Under the pieces are notes generated by a model. That model did not search any database, was not told where the DNA came from, and saw only the letters and a program-made list of their open reading frames with translations. A stretch of DNA of 64,000 nt from Bigelowiella natans CCMP2755 (lineage: Eukaryota > Protista > Cercozoa): contig ADNK01003343.1 in assembly GCA_000320545.1 (NCBI GenBank), positions 1-64,000 on the forward strand, given 5' to 3'. Below are positions 36,375-46,900 of this stretch, one piece after another. Within the stretch, counting starts at the first letter, position 1. The number at the start of each line of letters is the position of its first letter. Made by a program: the position numbers and the translations under genes.

Positions 36375-39300
36375 GATTCTCACCACTATTACAACCACCA
36401 CCATCACCACCACCGTCTCACACGGTCGTATGTTGCATTATTTTAAGTATAAGCTCCAACAGGGGATCATTGTCCCGCACCTGTTGGGGCCCAGGGCGGA
36501 AGGTGTGCAGACATTGAAGATATCTAGCAATTCATCCATATCGGTAGCACCATACGCATCAATCGCACTGGTTGCTTCGTGAATTGCACGCAAGCAGGCG
36601 GGATGAGCTTCATCGTAGTCCCTGGTCACAATGTCACTCCATGTGAATGCATCGACACCATGAGCCTCCCACGCGTCCCTGTCGTAGTAGCCAATCGGTG
36701 CGGATGATGCCAGTGCGCCCACCACTGCCTCGGGATGAGAAACTCGGAGAAACCTACCGGAGATTGCTTAGTATGTAGCAGCGTAGCTAAGGGGGAACCA
36801 CGTCTCAGCGAGAAATCATGTTACATTCTCCCTCTCTCCTGATTCTCGAGGTATAAAACAATTTACGTTGTTAGAGTTCCCCCGTATGAACCGCCGAAGG
36901 CGACAACAGGGCAGTTGGCAGCCCCGAGCTTGGTCGATTTGATGTGAGATAGCAATTCAACGTAATCCTCGATCACCTGGTTGGTGACAATCGATCGTAG
37001 CAGGAAAAGTGAGTTTTCCCCGGGTTACTCGCAATGTATCATCCATCTAGTCTAATCCTTCCACCTGTTCAGTCGTTAAGTAGACAAAATTTGCGCTTTC
37101 AAAGGAGCTCGGACCGAAAGGGAGACTCTTCCCGTCTTCGTTTGGGAATGAAGGGGAGGGGAGAGGAGAAGGTCGACGAAAAATCAGCCAACAACGTCGT
37201 GGATAGATAAAAAACACATGAAATAGGTTTTGAGAATTAGTAGTCGTACAATATCGTTCCTCAGGGAAGAGCAACAGCGCCCCCCATTTGGGAGCTAGCA
37301 CGTTAATCATGAAGCCGTTGGCCTCCCAGAATGCATCAATCGGACCCTCATTGCCCGTATACAGCAAAATTGGGCCCCTGCAGCCATTCTTCAGTCTTCC
37401 TCTGCCATCCCAATTCTCCTCGTTCAATAGGAACCTCTGAGGCCATCTCTACGCGCATTCGAGCATCTATTCAGATCATGGGTGTAGCGCGTACCACTAC
37501 GCGGGCACAAGTCACGTGCGACAACAAAGGGGTTGTCGCGGATATAGAATATAGATAACGTAGATATTAATACAGCATAGGCACGTGGGTTCCGGCGGGA
37601 CTCATGGCAGCACACCGGAAGTGTGCTGCCCCACGTGCGGCGGCATTCGCGAAAGCTTCGCGAATGATTACGCAGTGCACGATTTAATAAAAATATAATC
37701 TTTAATAAAAATAAACACAACTCTTCAAAAGGAAGCAAACGTGCCTTTCCCCCCCCCTGCCTACTTGTGCACGTAGCGCCTCGGCCTGTGAACACCTTAC
37801 GCGCAACAACCTTTGGCTTCCACACACGGGAAACGATTTGACTAACAATGTCACAGCAGCTAGAAGAACAGCAGGACTTTGGCTCGCAGGCCGTGCAAGG
37901 GCACGAGCAGAAACAGGAAAGGAAGGGCGATACGGACGCTAAGGAAGGAGGAGGAACACCTCCACAGGCACCGCCGGGACCAGCACCCGGGATTAAGAAA
38001 GCAGATGCAGCAGCAGAGGCACTGGAGAACTTCTACGAGGCGGACGACGAGGACGTGGCCGCCGAAAGCAAGAAGGTCGTAATGGCATTACGAGCCTTGC
38101 GACCCAGGGCGAGCAACTACGCCAAACTGAAAGTATCGATAGAATACAAGTATCAGACACATGATGTTTGGGCAGCTATCATGCAGGACATCATGGATTA
38201 CGAAGCAGACTTACCTCCAGAGTGGGCAGCTTTGTTTAGGAACGACGGGGGTCTGGGCGCCTCGCGGGGGACGACCCAGAGCACCGTCAAGCAGCAGCAG
38301 CCGGTACAGCGGAACACCCAGTTCATGTCTGTTAAAACAGCACCGGTTATGATAACGAAATACAACGGGAAAAGAGGTGAGGCAAGGAGGTGGTGGAAGA
38401 ACGCTAGGAGTATACTCTGCGACTTTACCCCTAACCCCACCGAAAACGACAAGCTCAAATGGCTAGCTATAATAAAGCAAGCCATGGACCTTTACGAGAC
38501 AGGCAGGACCCGGATCAGGCAGCTAGAGAAAATACACACTACAGTTAGTGGGCTACGAGACGTTGAGGCGATAATGAAGGCTTTTGTAAATGAACAGGAT
38601 GCTAACTCCCTACCCCAGGCTATTAGAAAATACAGAGCAATGATGCAGCATGAGAGAGAACCTGTTAGAGACTTTGCCACGCGCTTCCAGGATATGATCG
38701 ACGAACTACATGATTTTAATTACAACACAGGTGATGATCAGGCAAGGTTTGAAGAGTTCAAGTTAAAGATAAAGGAATCCACTTACGTTACGGAGAAAGG
38801 CTACACCACGATGGAGGCAGCAGTGCAGGCTATATCCCTACGCGAGCAGGAGCAGGACCGCAAGTTTACCAGCCCTAAGGTACCTGGCATAGGAAACATT
38901 AACGCTATTAAGCCGCAGCGAGACTGGTACAAGGACAGGGAAGGTAACCGACGTTGCGGATACTGCTCACGTAAAGGGAAACACACCGCTAAAGACTGCA
39001 GAGACAGGAAAGAAGGACGACCCAGGATGACGATCAGGCAGCTCAACGAACACTACGAGAAGTTAAAGAGAAAGAAAGGCAGAGGACAAGGATATAACAA
39101 CAGCAAATGGCAAGGCAGCAACAACGGGAAGAACAATAAATATAAGAACAAAAAGCAGAACAGTATCAATGCTATACAGCAGCAGATAAACGGAATATTA
39201 GATCACCTTAAGCAGGCGCCGACGAAGACAGCAGTACCAGCAACGCAGGACCAAGACAAGCCCATGACCCTAGACGACATAAAGAACTTAGGAGTATGCA

Positions 39301-42300
39301 ACATTAATGACGAAGACGCTAACAGGACTATCAAAGTTGCTATGACCAAGGTTAAAGTTAAAGACAGCTACGGAGACTACAAGAAACTACCTGCCCTTTG
39401 GGATAGTGGCAGCATGCCGAAGTCCTTCATAAGCCTAAGCACAGTAAGAAGGTTAGGACTATTGGATCAAGTGACTAAGAAAGAACGTAAATATGCTCAA
39501 GCAGACGGAAGCTCTTCCATGAAGACCGTCGGTGAGCTAATGCTAAAGCTACAGATACCTGGCAGCGACGCGGAGACCCAAATCAAGACCCGAGTAGCCA
39601 TGACTTTATCCATGGAACTACTCCTCGGACAGGATGCCCTAGAAAAATTAGGGGGGATCATATCATTCTACAATCACAAGATATACTTTGCTAAGTTGCC
39701 AAAGAAGTCAGGCAGGACCATCAGCCAGAACATGATACGGCTTGACGAGTGGACCTCTGAGTCAAGCGTTAATGCGTTAGAGTTTATGGACCTAGCGGAC
39801 AACAAGCTACCTACACCTACCGAGCTACGGAAGAAGAACCCCGGCAAGACCATCCGACAGATAACGGAGCTACTGGACAAGACCCCCCCAGCTGATGATT
39901 GGGATATCGACAAAGGCAAAAAGTACATTAATAAAATATTAAACGAGAAGTACTCTGACATCACCAAGCCGACGACGAAGCCCTCCAGCAAGCTTACCCC
40001 AGTAAAGATCGAGCTAAAGAAGGGATACGAAGAGTGCATCATCAATGACCCAGAACATAGGCGACCGGAAGCGGACTGGGAAAAGATAGAGTGGCAGATC
40101 AATGAATGGGCAAAGGAAGGGAAGATAGAGCCAAGCAACTCACCATGGAACGTGAGACATGTGCTAGCTAAGAAACCTACTTACCCTTTCTTCCGCCTGG
40201 CGCACAACTTCATCCGCCACAACCGAGTAATAAAGAGGATCCAGACACCTACACCAAGGATAGATGACGTTATTGAACACGTCATAGGATACAAATACTA
40301 CTCTTCCCTAGATAAAAATGAATCATACATGCAGACACCCATCCACAAAACCTCCCGCCCCATTACCGCGTTCTCCAGCAGGCACAGGAAGTGGCACTTC
40401 GTCGTATTCCCTTACGGCCTAAGCATATCAGGGGATGCGTTCAGTAGTCAGAACTACAGGGCATACACACATGATGGGATGGCGTCTGTGTTGTGGGTGT
40501 TTGTGTTTGTGTATGTGGATGATGACATAATATGTACCAACACAGTCGTCGCTCAGATCTTCCTCCTGGAAAATATATTTATTAGGTTTGCACACTTCGG
40601 TTTTACTATTAGACTGCAGAAGTGTACATTCCTAGCTACAAGAATCAAGTGGTGTGGATATTACCTGGAGCAAGGCCGCATCACCCCAAACCCCGAGAAA
40701 GTAGCAGCACTACAGCAAGCCCCTAAACCTAAGAATGCAAAGGAGTTAAAGTCATTCTTGCAGACTGCAGCTTGGATACTACGTAGGTTCTCCCCTACCT
40801 ACGCTAGGACTGCAGCTGCTTTTACTACTGCTTACCGGAAGGAGAACTCTGTAGGCCTCAGCTTCGCTAAGGTGTGGGCCAAGGCTGGCCTTGATGCCCA
40901 CTTCGATAACCTAATAAAGTTATGCAGCAACACCCTATTGAATGCTAAGCTAGACACTACTAGACCAGCTACCCTATGGACAGACTGGTCTAAGCTAGGT
41001 ATGGCTGCTGTACTTACCCAAGACCAGCAGATCATACGGGTGTGGGGCAGGGCCTGCACAGCAGCTGAGGCCAAGTACAGCCCTACAAAAGGAGAGTATA
41101 AAGCCATGACTGAGGCGCAGAGGAAACTAAGATACTACCTGCTGTCGGTGCCCAGCTTCACCTTAATGACTGACCACAAGCCCCTCCTAGGCATCGACCG
41201 CAAGCTCGAAGCGCCTAACGATGAGTATGCAGCTATGAGGGCGGACACGGAAGAGTTTAGGGACAAGAGGACAGTGGTCTACGCACCAGGAGACAAGCAG
41301 CTTGCTGACTATTTCAGCAGGCTGTTCGAAAAGAAAGTCCCTACCCAGGTCACCCCTATGGTTAACGCGATTACCTTCGAGGACGGCGACTTCCTGCCTG
41401 AGCCAGAGGAGCTCCAGCACCTTCAAGAACACCTGGATAAATACAAACACAAGCATGAGGTACTTAGTGATAGGATATATGTATACACTAATAATGTTAG
41501 GCGTACCTACGTGCCACGGCGGACCAGGGGAGCCCTTCTCTTTACCGCCCATGGACCTGCACACGTAGGAGAAAACCATATCACTGCTCTACTCTACCAT
41601 TACTACTGGCCCTACAAGCTAAAAGAGATAAGGACATACCTGCGTGGCTGCAGGTGCTCCAGCTTGAAGGCGGCAGGCGTCGCCACCAAGGAGTCCAGCA
41701 AGAGCCGTGCATCTAAGAAAATCAAAGCAAGGAACTTCTTAGATATCGTGCAAATTGATGTTTATAAGTACGATGGCTATCACTACCTTACCTTCGTTGA
41801 TGTGGCCACTGGAAAGTGCTGGGTTAAAAAGATTATCAAGGTCAACGTTGCTAAGAAGAACAAAGGCTTATATAAGCAGAGGCTTACTAACTGCTACCGT
41901 ACCTGGGAGTCTGAGCTCCAGGCTATCCCTGATGAAGTTAGCATAAACAAGATACCAAAGAAGTTACATGTGGATAATGAGACCTCTCTTCTACAGCTAC
42001 CACACCCTAATATTGATGCCTCACCTGTATACTATGCCCAGTCCAACTCCAAGGTAGAGCGACTCCACCGCACCTTGGCCAACCTAAGCAGGATAAATAG
42101 CACCACACCAGACAAGATACAAGGGTTAGTAAACGACACCTTCACGTCTGGGGGAGGTATCAAGGATAAGGAGAGGGAAGAAGGCGACGACAACGACGAC
42201 GATACCGAGAGCGAAGACGAGAAGGTCCCGTACGATGGCCGAGTTCTAAAGGAAGGACAGTATGTTAGGGCCAAGGTAAATCTGAGATCGAGAAATAAAC

Positions 42301-43383
42301 AAGACCCCTTCTGGGGTGGCGTTGCAAAGGTTACCGAGAGGAAGGGGAGGAAGCAGTACTACATCTATGATGGGAACAGGGTCACCTTGCGCCACATCAG
42401 TCACCTAAAGAATTATGATATCGGTGAGAAGCTCCTAGAGGATGTTAAAGTAAACCCTACTGTGTGGGAGCGAGCAATGCCTTGTTTAGGACCCCGACCT
42501 AAGTTCGATGTGGAATATGGAAACAATAAGGTCAGGGTGAACGACGATTGGCGCATGAAGATTGTCTATCTAGGCTACCCTGGATTACGAAATATGGAGA
42601 GGGTAGCTATGAAAATAAAGGACGGAAAATATCAGCTACTCTACCTAGCTGTTCCCGACTTACCCTTTGAGCACTGGTATAAGGTCCTGGGGGACCTTGA
42701 TGCAGAGGGCTGGTATGGACACGAACCTAAGGACGAAGGTGAGTTCTGGGTAAGCGACAAAGGAGATAAGGTTAGAGAGGAATCTATTACCTGGTGGTTG
42801 GTGAAGTTCCGAAAGCGATGAAGGTCTAAGGGAATAAGGAAGGAAGGAAGGAGCAACGTGACTTGGGGGAGGTGTAGCGCGTACCACTACGCGGGCACAA
42901 GTCACGTGCGACAACAAAGGGGTTGTCGCGGATATAGAATATAGATAACGTAGATATTAATACAGCATAGGCACGTGGGTTCCGGCGGGACTCATGGCAG
43001 CACACCGGAAGTGTGCTGCCCCACGTGCGGCGGCATTCGCGAAAGCTTCGCGAATGATTACGCAGTGCACGATTTAATAAAAATATAATCTTTAATAAAA
43101 ATAAACACAACTCTTCAAAAGGAAGCAAACGTGCCTTTCCCCCCCCCTGCCTACTTGTGCACGTAGCGCCTCGGCCTGTGAACACCTTACGCGCAACATG
43201 GGGAGAAGTTGGGTTACTTGCTGGTTAGTGCGTGCGTACCCTCTGAGATGCTGCATCGAAATGATCCAACGTTTGGTTGAAGTATAACTCCTTGTAGGCG
43301 GGGAACGAGCCGGCGCAGAGCTCCAGAAAGGATGCAACAACAATGAGGGAGCGGAGGACGACATCATTGGAAGGGGCTGTCAT
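35093..43383 (-). CDS. Serine carboxypeptidase S28 (lysosomal Pro-X carboxypeptidase/DPP7-like), intron 1 interrupted by Gypsy copy 2
   Basis: Signal peptide, FNQTLDHF, QRFL, YTGNEG, EERY|YGKSLPFG, catalytic GGSYGG (~36890), ASSAP, NGALDPWS, AHHLDL. Confidence 0.92.
37483..43198 (+). mobile_element. Ty3/Gypsy LTR retrotransposon, copy 2 (5716 bp), inverted relative to copy 1
   Basis: LTRs 37483-37808 and 42873-43198. TSD TGGG at 37479-37482 and 43199-43202. PBS at ~37814, PPT before 42873. Encoded protein identical to copy 1. Confidence 0.97.
37848..42821 (+). CDS. Gypsy Gag-Pol polyprotein (1657 aa), same as copy 1
   Basis: Translation in the ORF track matches 13410..18383. Confidence 0.96.
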   Translation: MSQQLEEQQDFGSQAVQGHEQKQERKGDTDAKEGGGTPPQAPPGPAPGIKKADAAAEALENFYEADDEDVAAESKKVVMALRALRPRASNYAKLKVSIEYKYQTHDVWAAIMQDIMDYEADLPPEWAALFRNDGGLGASRGTTQSTVKQQQPVQRNTQFMSVKTAPVMITKYNGKRGEARRWWKNARSILCDFTPNPTENDKLKWLAIIKQAMDLYETGRTRIRQLEKIHTTVSGLRDVEAIMKAFVNEQDANSLPQAIRKYRAMMQHEREPVRDFATRFQDMIDELHDFNYNTGDDQARFEEFKLKIKESTYVTEKGYTTMEAAVQAISLREQEQDRKFTSPKVPGIGNINAIKPQRDWYKDREGNRRCGYCSRKGKHTAKDCRDRKEGRPRMTIRQLNEHYEKLKRKKGRGQGYNNSKWQGSNNGKNNKYKNKKQNSINAIQQQINGILDHLKQAPTKTAVPATQDQDKPMTLDDIKNLGVCNINDEDANRTIKVAMTKVKVKDSYGDYKKLPALWDSGSMPKSFISLSTVRRLGLLDQVTKKERKYAQADGSSSMKTVGELMLKLQIPGSDAETQIKTRVAMTLSMELLLGQDALEKLGGIISFYNHKIYFAKLPKKSGRTISQNMIRLDEWTSESSVNALEFMDLADNKLPTPTELRKKNPGKTIRQITELLDKTPPADDWDIDKGKKYINKILNEKYSDITKPTTKPSSKLTPVKIELKKGYEECIINDPEHRRPEADWEKIEWQINEWAKEGKIEPSNSPWNVRHVLAKKPTYPFFRLAHNFIRHNRVIKRIQTPTPRIDDVIEHVIGYKYYSSLDKNESYMQTPIHKTSRPITAFSSRHRKWHFVVFPYGLSISGDAFSSQNYRAYTHDGMASVLWVFVFVYVDDDIICTNTVVAQIFLLENIFIRFAHFGFTIRLQKCTFLATRIKWCGYYLEQGRITPNPEKVAALQQAPKPKNAKELKSFLQTAAWILRRFSPTYARTAAAFTTAYRKENSVGLSFAKVWAKAGLDAHFDNLIKLCSNTLLNAKLDTTRPATLWTDWSKLGMAAVLTQDQQIIRVWGRACTAAEAKYSPTKGEYKAMTEAQRKLRYYLLSVPSFTLMTDHKPLLGIDRKLEAPNDEYAAMRADTEEFRDKRTVVYAPGDKQLADYFSRLFEKKVPTQVTPMVNAITFEDGDFLPEPEELQHLQEHLDKYKHKHEVLSDRIYVYTNNVRRTYVPRRTRGALLFTAHGPAHVGENHITALLYHYYWPYKLKEIRTYLRGCRCSSLKAAGVATKESSKSRASKKIKARNFLDIVQIDVYKYDGYHYLTFVDVATGKCWVKKIIKVNVAKKNKGLYKQRLTNCYRTWESELQAIPDEVSINKIPKKLHVDNETSLLQLPHPNIDASPVYYAQSNSKVERLHRTLANLSRINSTTPDKIQGLVNDTFTSGGGIKDKEREEGDDNDDDTESEDEKVPYDGRVLKEGQYVRAKVNLRSRNKQDPFWGGVAKVTERKGRKQYYIYDGNRVTLRHISHLKNYDIGEKLLEDVKVNPTVWERAMPCLGPRPKFDVEYGNNKVRVNDDWRMKIVYLGYPGLRNMERVAMKIKDGKYQLLYLAVPDLPFEHWYKVLGDLDAEGWYGHEPKDEGEFWVSDKGDKVREESITWWLVKFRKR

Positions 43384-43942
43384 GGTGCCTATTCGGACGA
43401 GCCTTGCCAATCTTCAGAGACTCTGCAGTGATGCAACTCATAATCTCGGAGACTATTCAGAGATGCAACTCATAATCTCGGAGACTCTCCTACATAGCGC
43501 CGCTGGAACGAAAAAAACCCGGCGGGAAATTATTCTTTTCACAGGAGCTGTTCTTCTGTCTTTTTGTGTTCGTGTTTTTTTCGTCCACATACTACTACTC
43601 GTAGATCAGTTTCAGATAAAAAACGCACAAACATGATTGATAAGTTACACCATGAGATTTATATCGGTAAAAATCTGGTGAAATCACCAATTTCCATCCG
43701 ATGGATACGGATCCGCTGTCCGCCTACGTAGCATCTTCGAAATGCCGCAGCGAGAAGTTTACAAGTGATGCCCGCAAATATTTGAGAGCGACCTCGTGAT
43801 TCGAGTTGCCGACAGTTTTTGGAGTTACGTCGTCTCTTCGGCATAATCCGTCACGGCGTTTTGCTCATTGGTCTCGCCCCTACCTACCTTGCTAAGTATT
43901 TCTATTGGCTAAATGATGTTCCCCTACTCAGGAAATTTTCGG

Positions 43943-46900
43943 ATGCAGCGAGCTTTAACTCTGCTAGCATGCGGTCTTGCGACCGTATCTGCGTTTGACA
44001 GTGTTGCGCAAGTTGACGGAACGGTAACGATCGAAGGAACAAGCACCGCAACAAGTTACAACTACAAGGCGGACAAAGGACCTGCAGTATGGCACAATTT
44101 AGATACGGCATGGGCGGTAAGTCAGCCAAGTCCCCAATTTGGATCAGATTCGACATGAATGGGCATTTTTACAGATTTGCCAGAGTGGAACAGAGCAGTC
44201 TCCCATTGACATCGACGCTACTCAAACAGTTACTGGAGTTAACACCCCTATCGTGTTCACTTATGGTCTTGCCACTGGATTTTCTGTGAAGAACAATGTA
44301 AGCACCATCACTTTCAAGATATGTATTTGCCAAGTATGAATGAGTTATCGTTCCCGCAGGGCAAAACATTGGTCTTCAACAACCTGTCTCCGAATTCCTT
44401 AAGCATCGCTGGCAGTACCTTCAATCTGGTCAACATTCACATGCATTCTCGGTCGGAGCACACCATTAATGGAGGAAGTTTCCCGGTAGAAACTCTTATA
44501 ATTTTTACTCTACTGAAGTATACAAGTATTAGTTGCAATTGACGCAATGGGTGAGAGTAATGATAAAACTGAAGTTATACCTTTTGCTCATCATTTACCG
44601 AATTGAATCTGGATAGGTATATCTGGATAATATAATGTTTACTTCATATGCTAATTCATCGAAAGGACGAAGAATAAGAATTTTTTTTGGAATATGTATA
44701 ACACAAGATTCTAAGAGAGAGTAACGAATATGACCAATATCGCTCGAAAATTGTTTCATGAATCGAATTCTCACTTTCACGACAGATTGAGATCCACTTT
44801 GTGCATGCGGATGCGAACGGAGCCCTTCTTGTTGTCGGTGTGATGGCAAAGGAAGGAGCTGCAAACCCAGCTTTCCCTCTCGATGATCGCCTGAAGCAGA
44901 TCTTTCCTGACGCAGTTGGAACTACCTACTCGCAACCTACCTATGGGCTAAATCTCACTGCTCTCCTCCCTACCACGCAAACCTACTACCACTACAACGG
45001 TTCCCTCACAACACCACCATGCTCGCAGGACGTCCGCTGGCATGTGATGCAGAACGAGATTACCTTTTCCAGTTCACAGATGAGTATCTTGATCAAGGCT
45101 CTGGAAGGTCTTGCTTACGCAGGGGAAAATGGCGAGACTAATCGTCCTGTGCAGCCCCTCAATGGCCGAACTGTGTATGTTGGGGTAATAATCGAAGCTA
45201 GCCATTTGTCGAGATTCCCCTCCCCTTCCAATATTTTTGTGGTTGGTCATTAATCATTTGCACTTTCACGCTCCGCAGCTTTTTGATGCGTCATAAGAAA
45301 TATGTCCTCATCACAAATAATATCGCATAATTCAACAGCAATCCCCTTATGGCCTCCGGCCTTCCACAAGTCCAACTGGCGGATCTTCCGGAACAGCTCC
45401 AACGCAGACTGTTGGATTGCTAAAATTCGACGCTATCTCCTCCTCCAGATCTTACGACTGGAAATTGGGTGTCAATGGGCCTGCAAATTGGAGCTCTTTC
45501 GCGACGGTGTGTGGAAATGGGGTGAGGCAGTCTCCGATTGACATCGACGTTAGTCAGGTGCAGACTGGAATTACCACCCCTGTTTCGTTCAGCTACTCAA
45601 ATCCAAACGCGATCGTCATCAACGACGGGAAAACTGTGAAGTTTGATCTCTCGGGTACTGGATACGTTGATATTGGGAGCCTGCGATGCAACCTACTTCA
45701 AGCACACTTGCATCATTCTTCGGAGCATCTCCTCAATGGTGGAAGTTTCCCTATGGAAATGCATTTTGTACATCAATGCCCCTCAAACGGACAGTACGCT
45801 GTCTTGGGAGTGTTTATCGTCGAAGGTGCTGCTAATGCGGCTTTTTCAGACGTTCGTCAGTTCAAACAGATGATCCCCGGAGACAAAGGCATTACGCAAA
45901 CATTTAGCTTTCAGATTGCTAATATGCTTAGCCTGTTCCCAACCGACCGCACCTTCTACCACTATAAGGGTTCCCTCACCACTCCTCCGTGCACAGAGGC
46001 TGTTGAATGGCATGTCTTCAAGAACCCGATTACCTTCTCTAAAGATCAGATGGAGGTGATGCTGAAGCGGCTCAAAAATCTGAAGTATGCAAGTGAGACT
46101 GGACTTACGAATCGCCCAGTTCAGCCCCTTAACAACCGCATAGTTTATCAAGGATACCCATTCCCAGTAGACCCAGCCGTGAACACCACTGGGCCATTCG
46201 TCCCAGGACCAGAGCCCCCACAGGCAGTCGGAACTGTAGTTGTCGAGGGAGTCGATCCATCAAAAATAGAATATAACTACGATGACACCGACAAGGGACC
46301 TGCGAGGTGGCACACTTTAAACTCGGCCTGGGCTATCTGCCAAAGTGGGCTTCAGCAGTCGCCTATCGACATCATCCAGAAGGATGTGGTGCAAGGTGTC
46401 TCTACTCCCATGGTTTTCAACTATGGTCCGTCACCGTACTCTGTGAAAAACACCGGAACTTCCCTCGTTTTCGATTTCTCTTCCGTCAACAACACCGTCA
46501 CCATCGGCGGACGCATGTGGACCCTTGTCCAGTTCCACATGCACACGCTCTCTGAGCACGCTTTCAACGGCGGGCTGTTCCCCATGGAAATCCACTTCGT
46601 GCATGCTGACCATTTGGGAAACCTTGCCGTTCTTGGCGTGCAGGTGATAGAAGGAGCTCACAATCCTACGTTTGACTCTGCCGGGCGCTTAGCACAAATC
46701 ATGCCAGATACATATGGAGTGAAGTACAAGACAAGTGAGACTTTTGTACTCGACAACCTTTTCCCCGCTTCCAAGAGTTTCTATCATTACATGGGATCGC
46801 TCACAACTCCGCCTTGTTCGGAAAACGTCGTTTGGCACGTCTTCAAAAACCCCATCGAAATGTCCACTGCACAGCTCGATGTCTTCCTCAAGCAGCTCAA

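Noticed and set aside
18749-37482. Interval as cargo of a giant composite transposon, or an already inverted segment
   Set aside because: Each Gypsy has its own matching TSD pair, and the S28 gene is collinear across copy 2.
43428-43486. Short tandem duplication GATGCAACTCATAATCTCGGAGACT x2 upstream of S28
   Set aside because: Only two copies; an ordinary local duplication with no supportable function.
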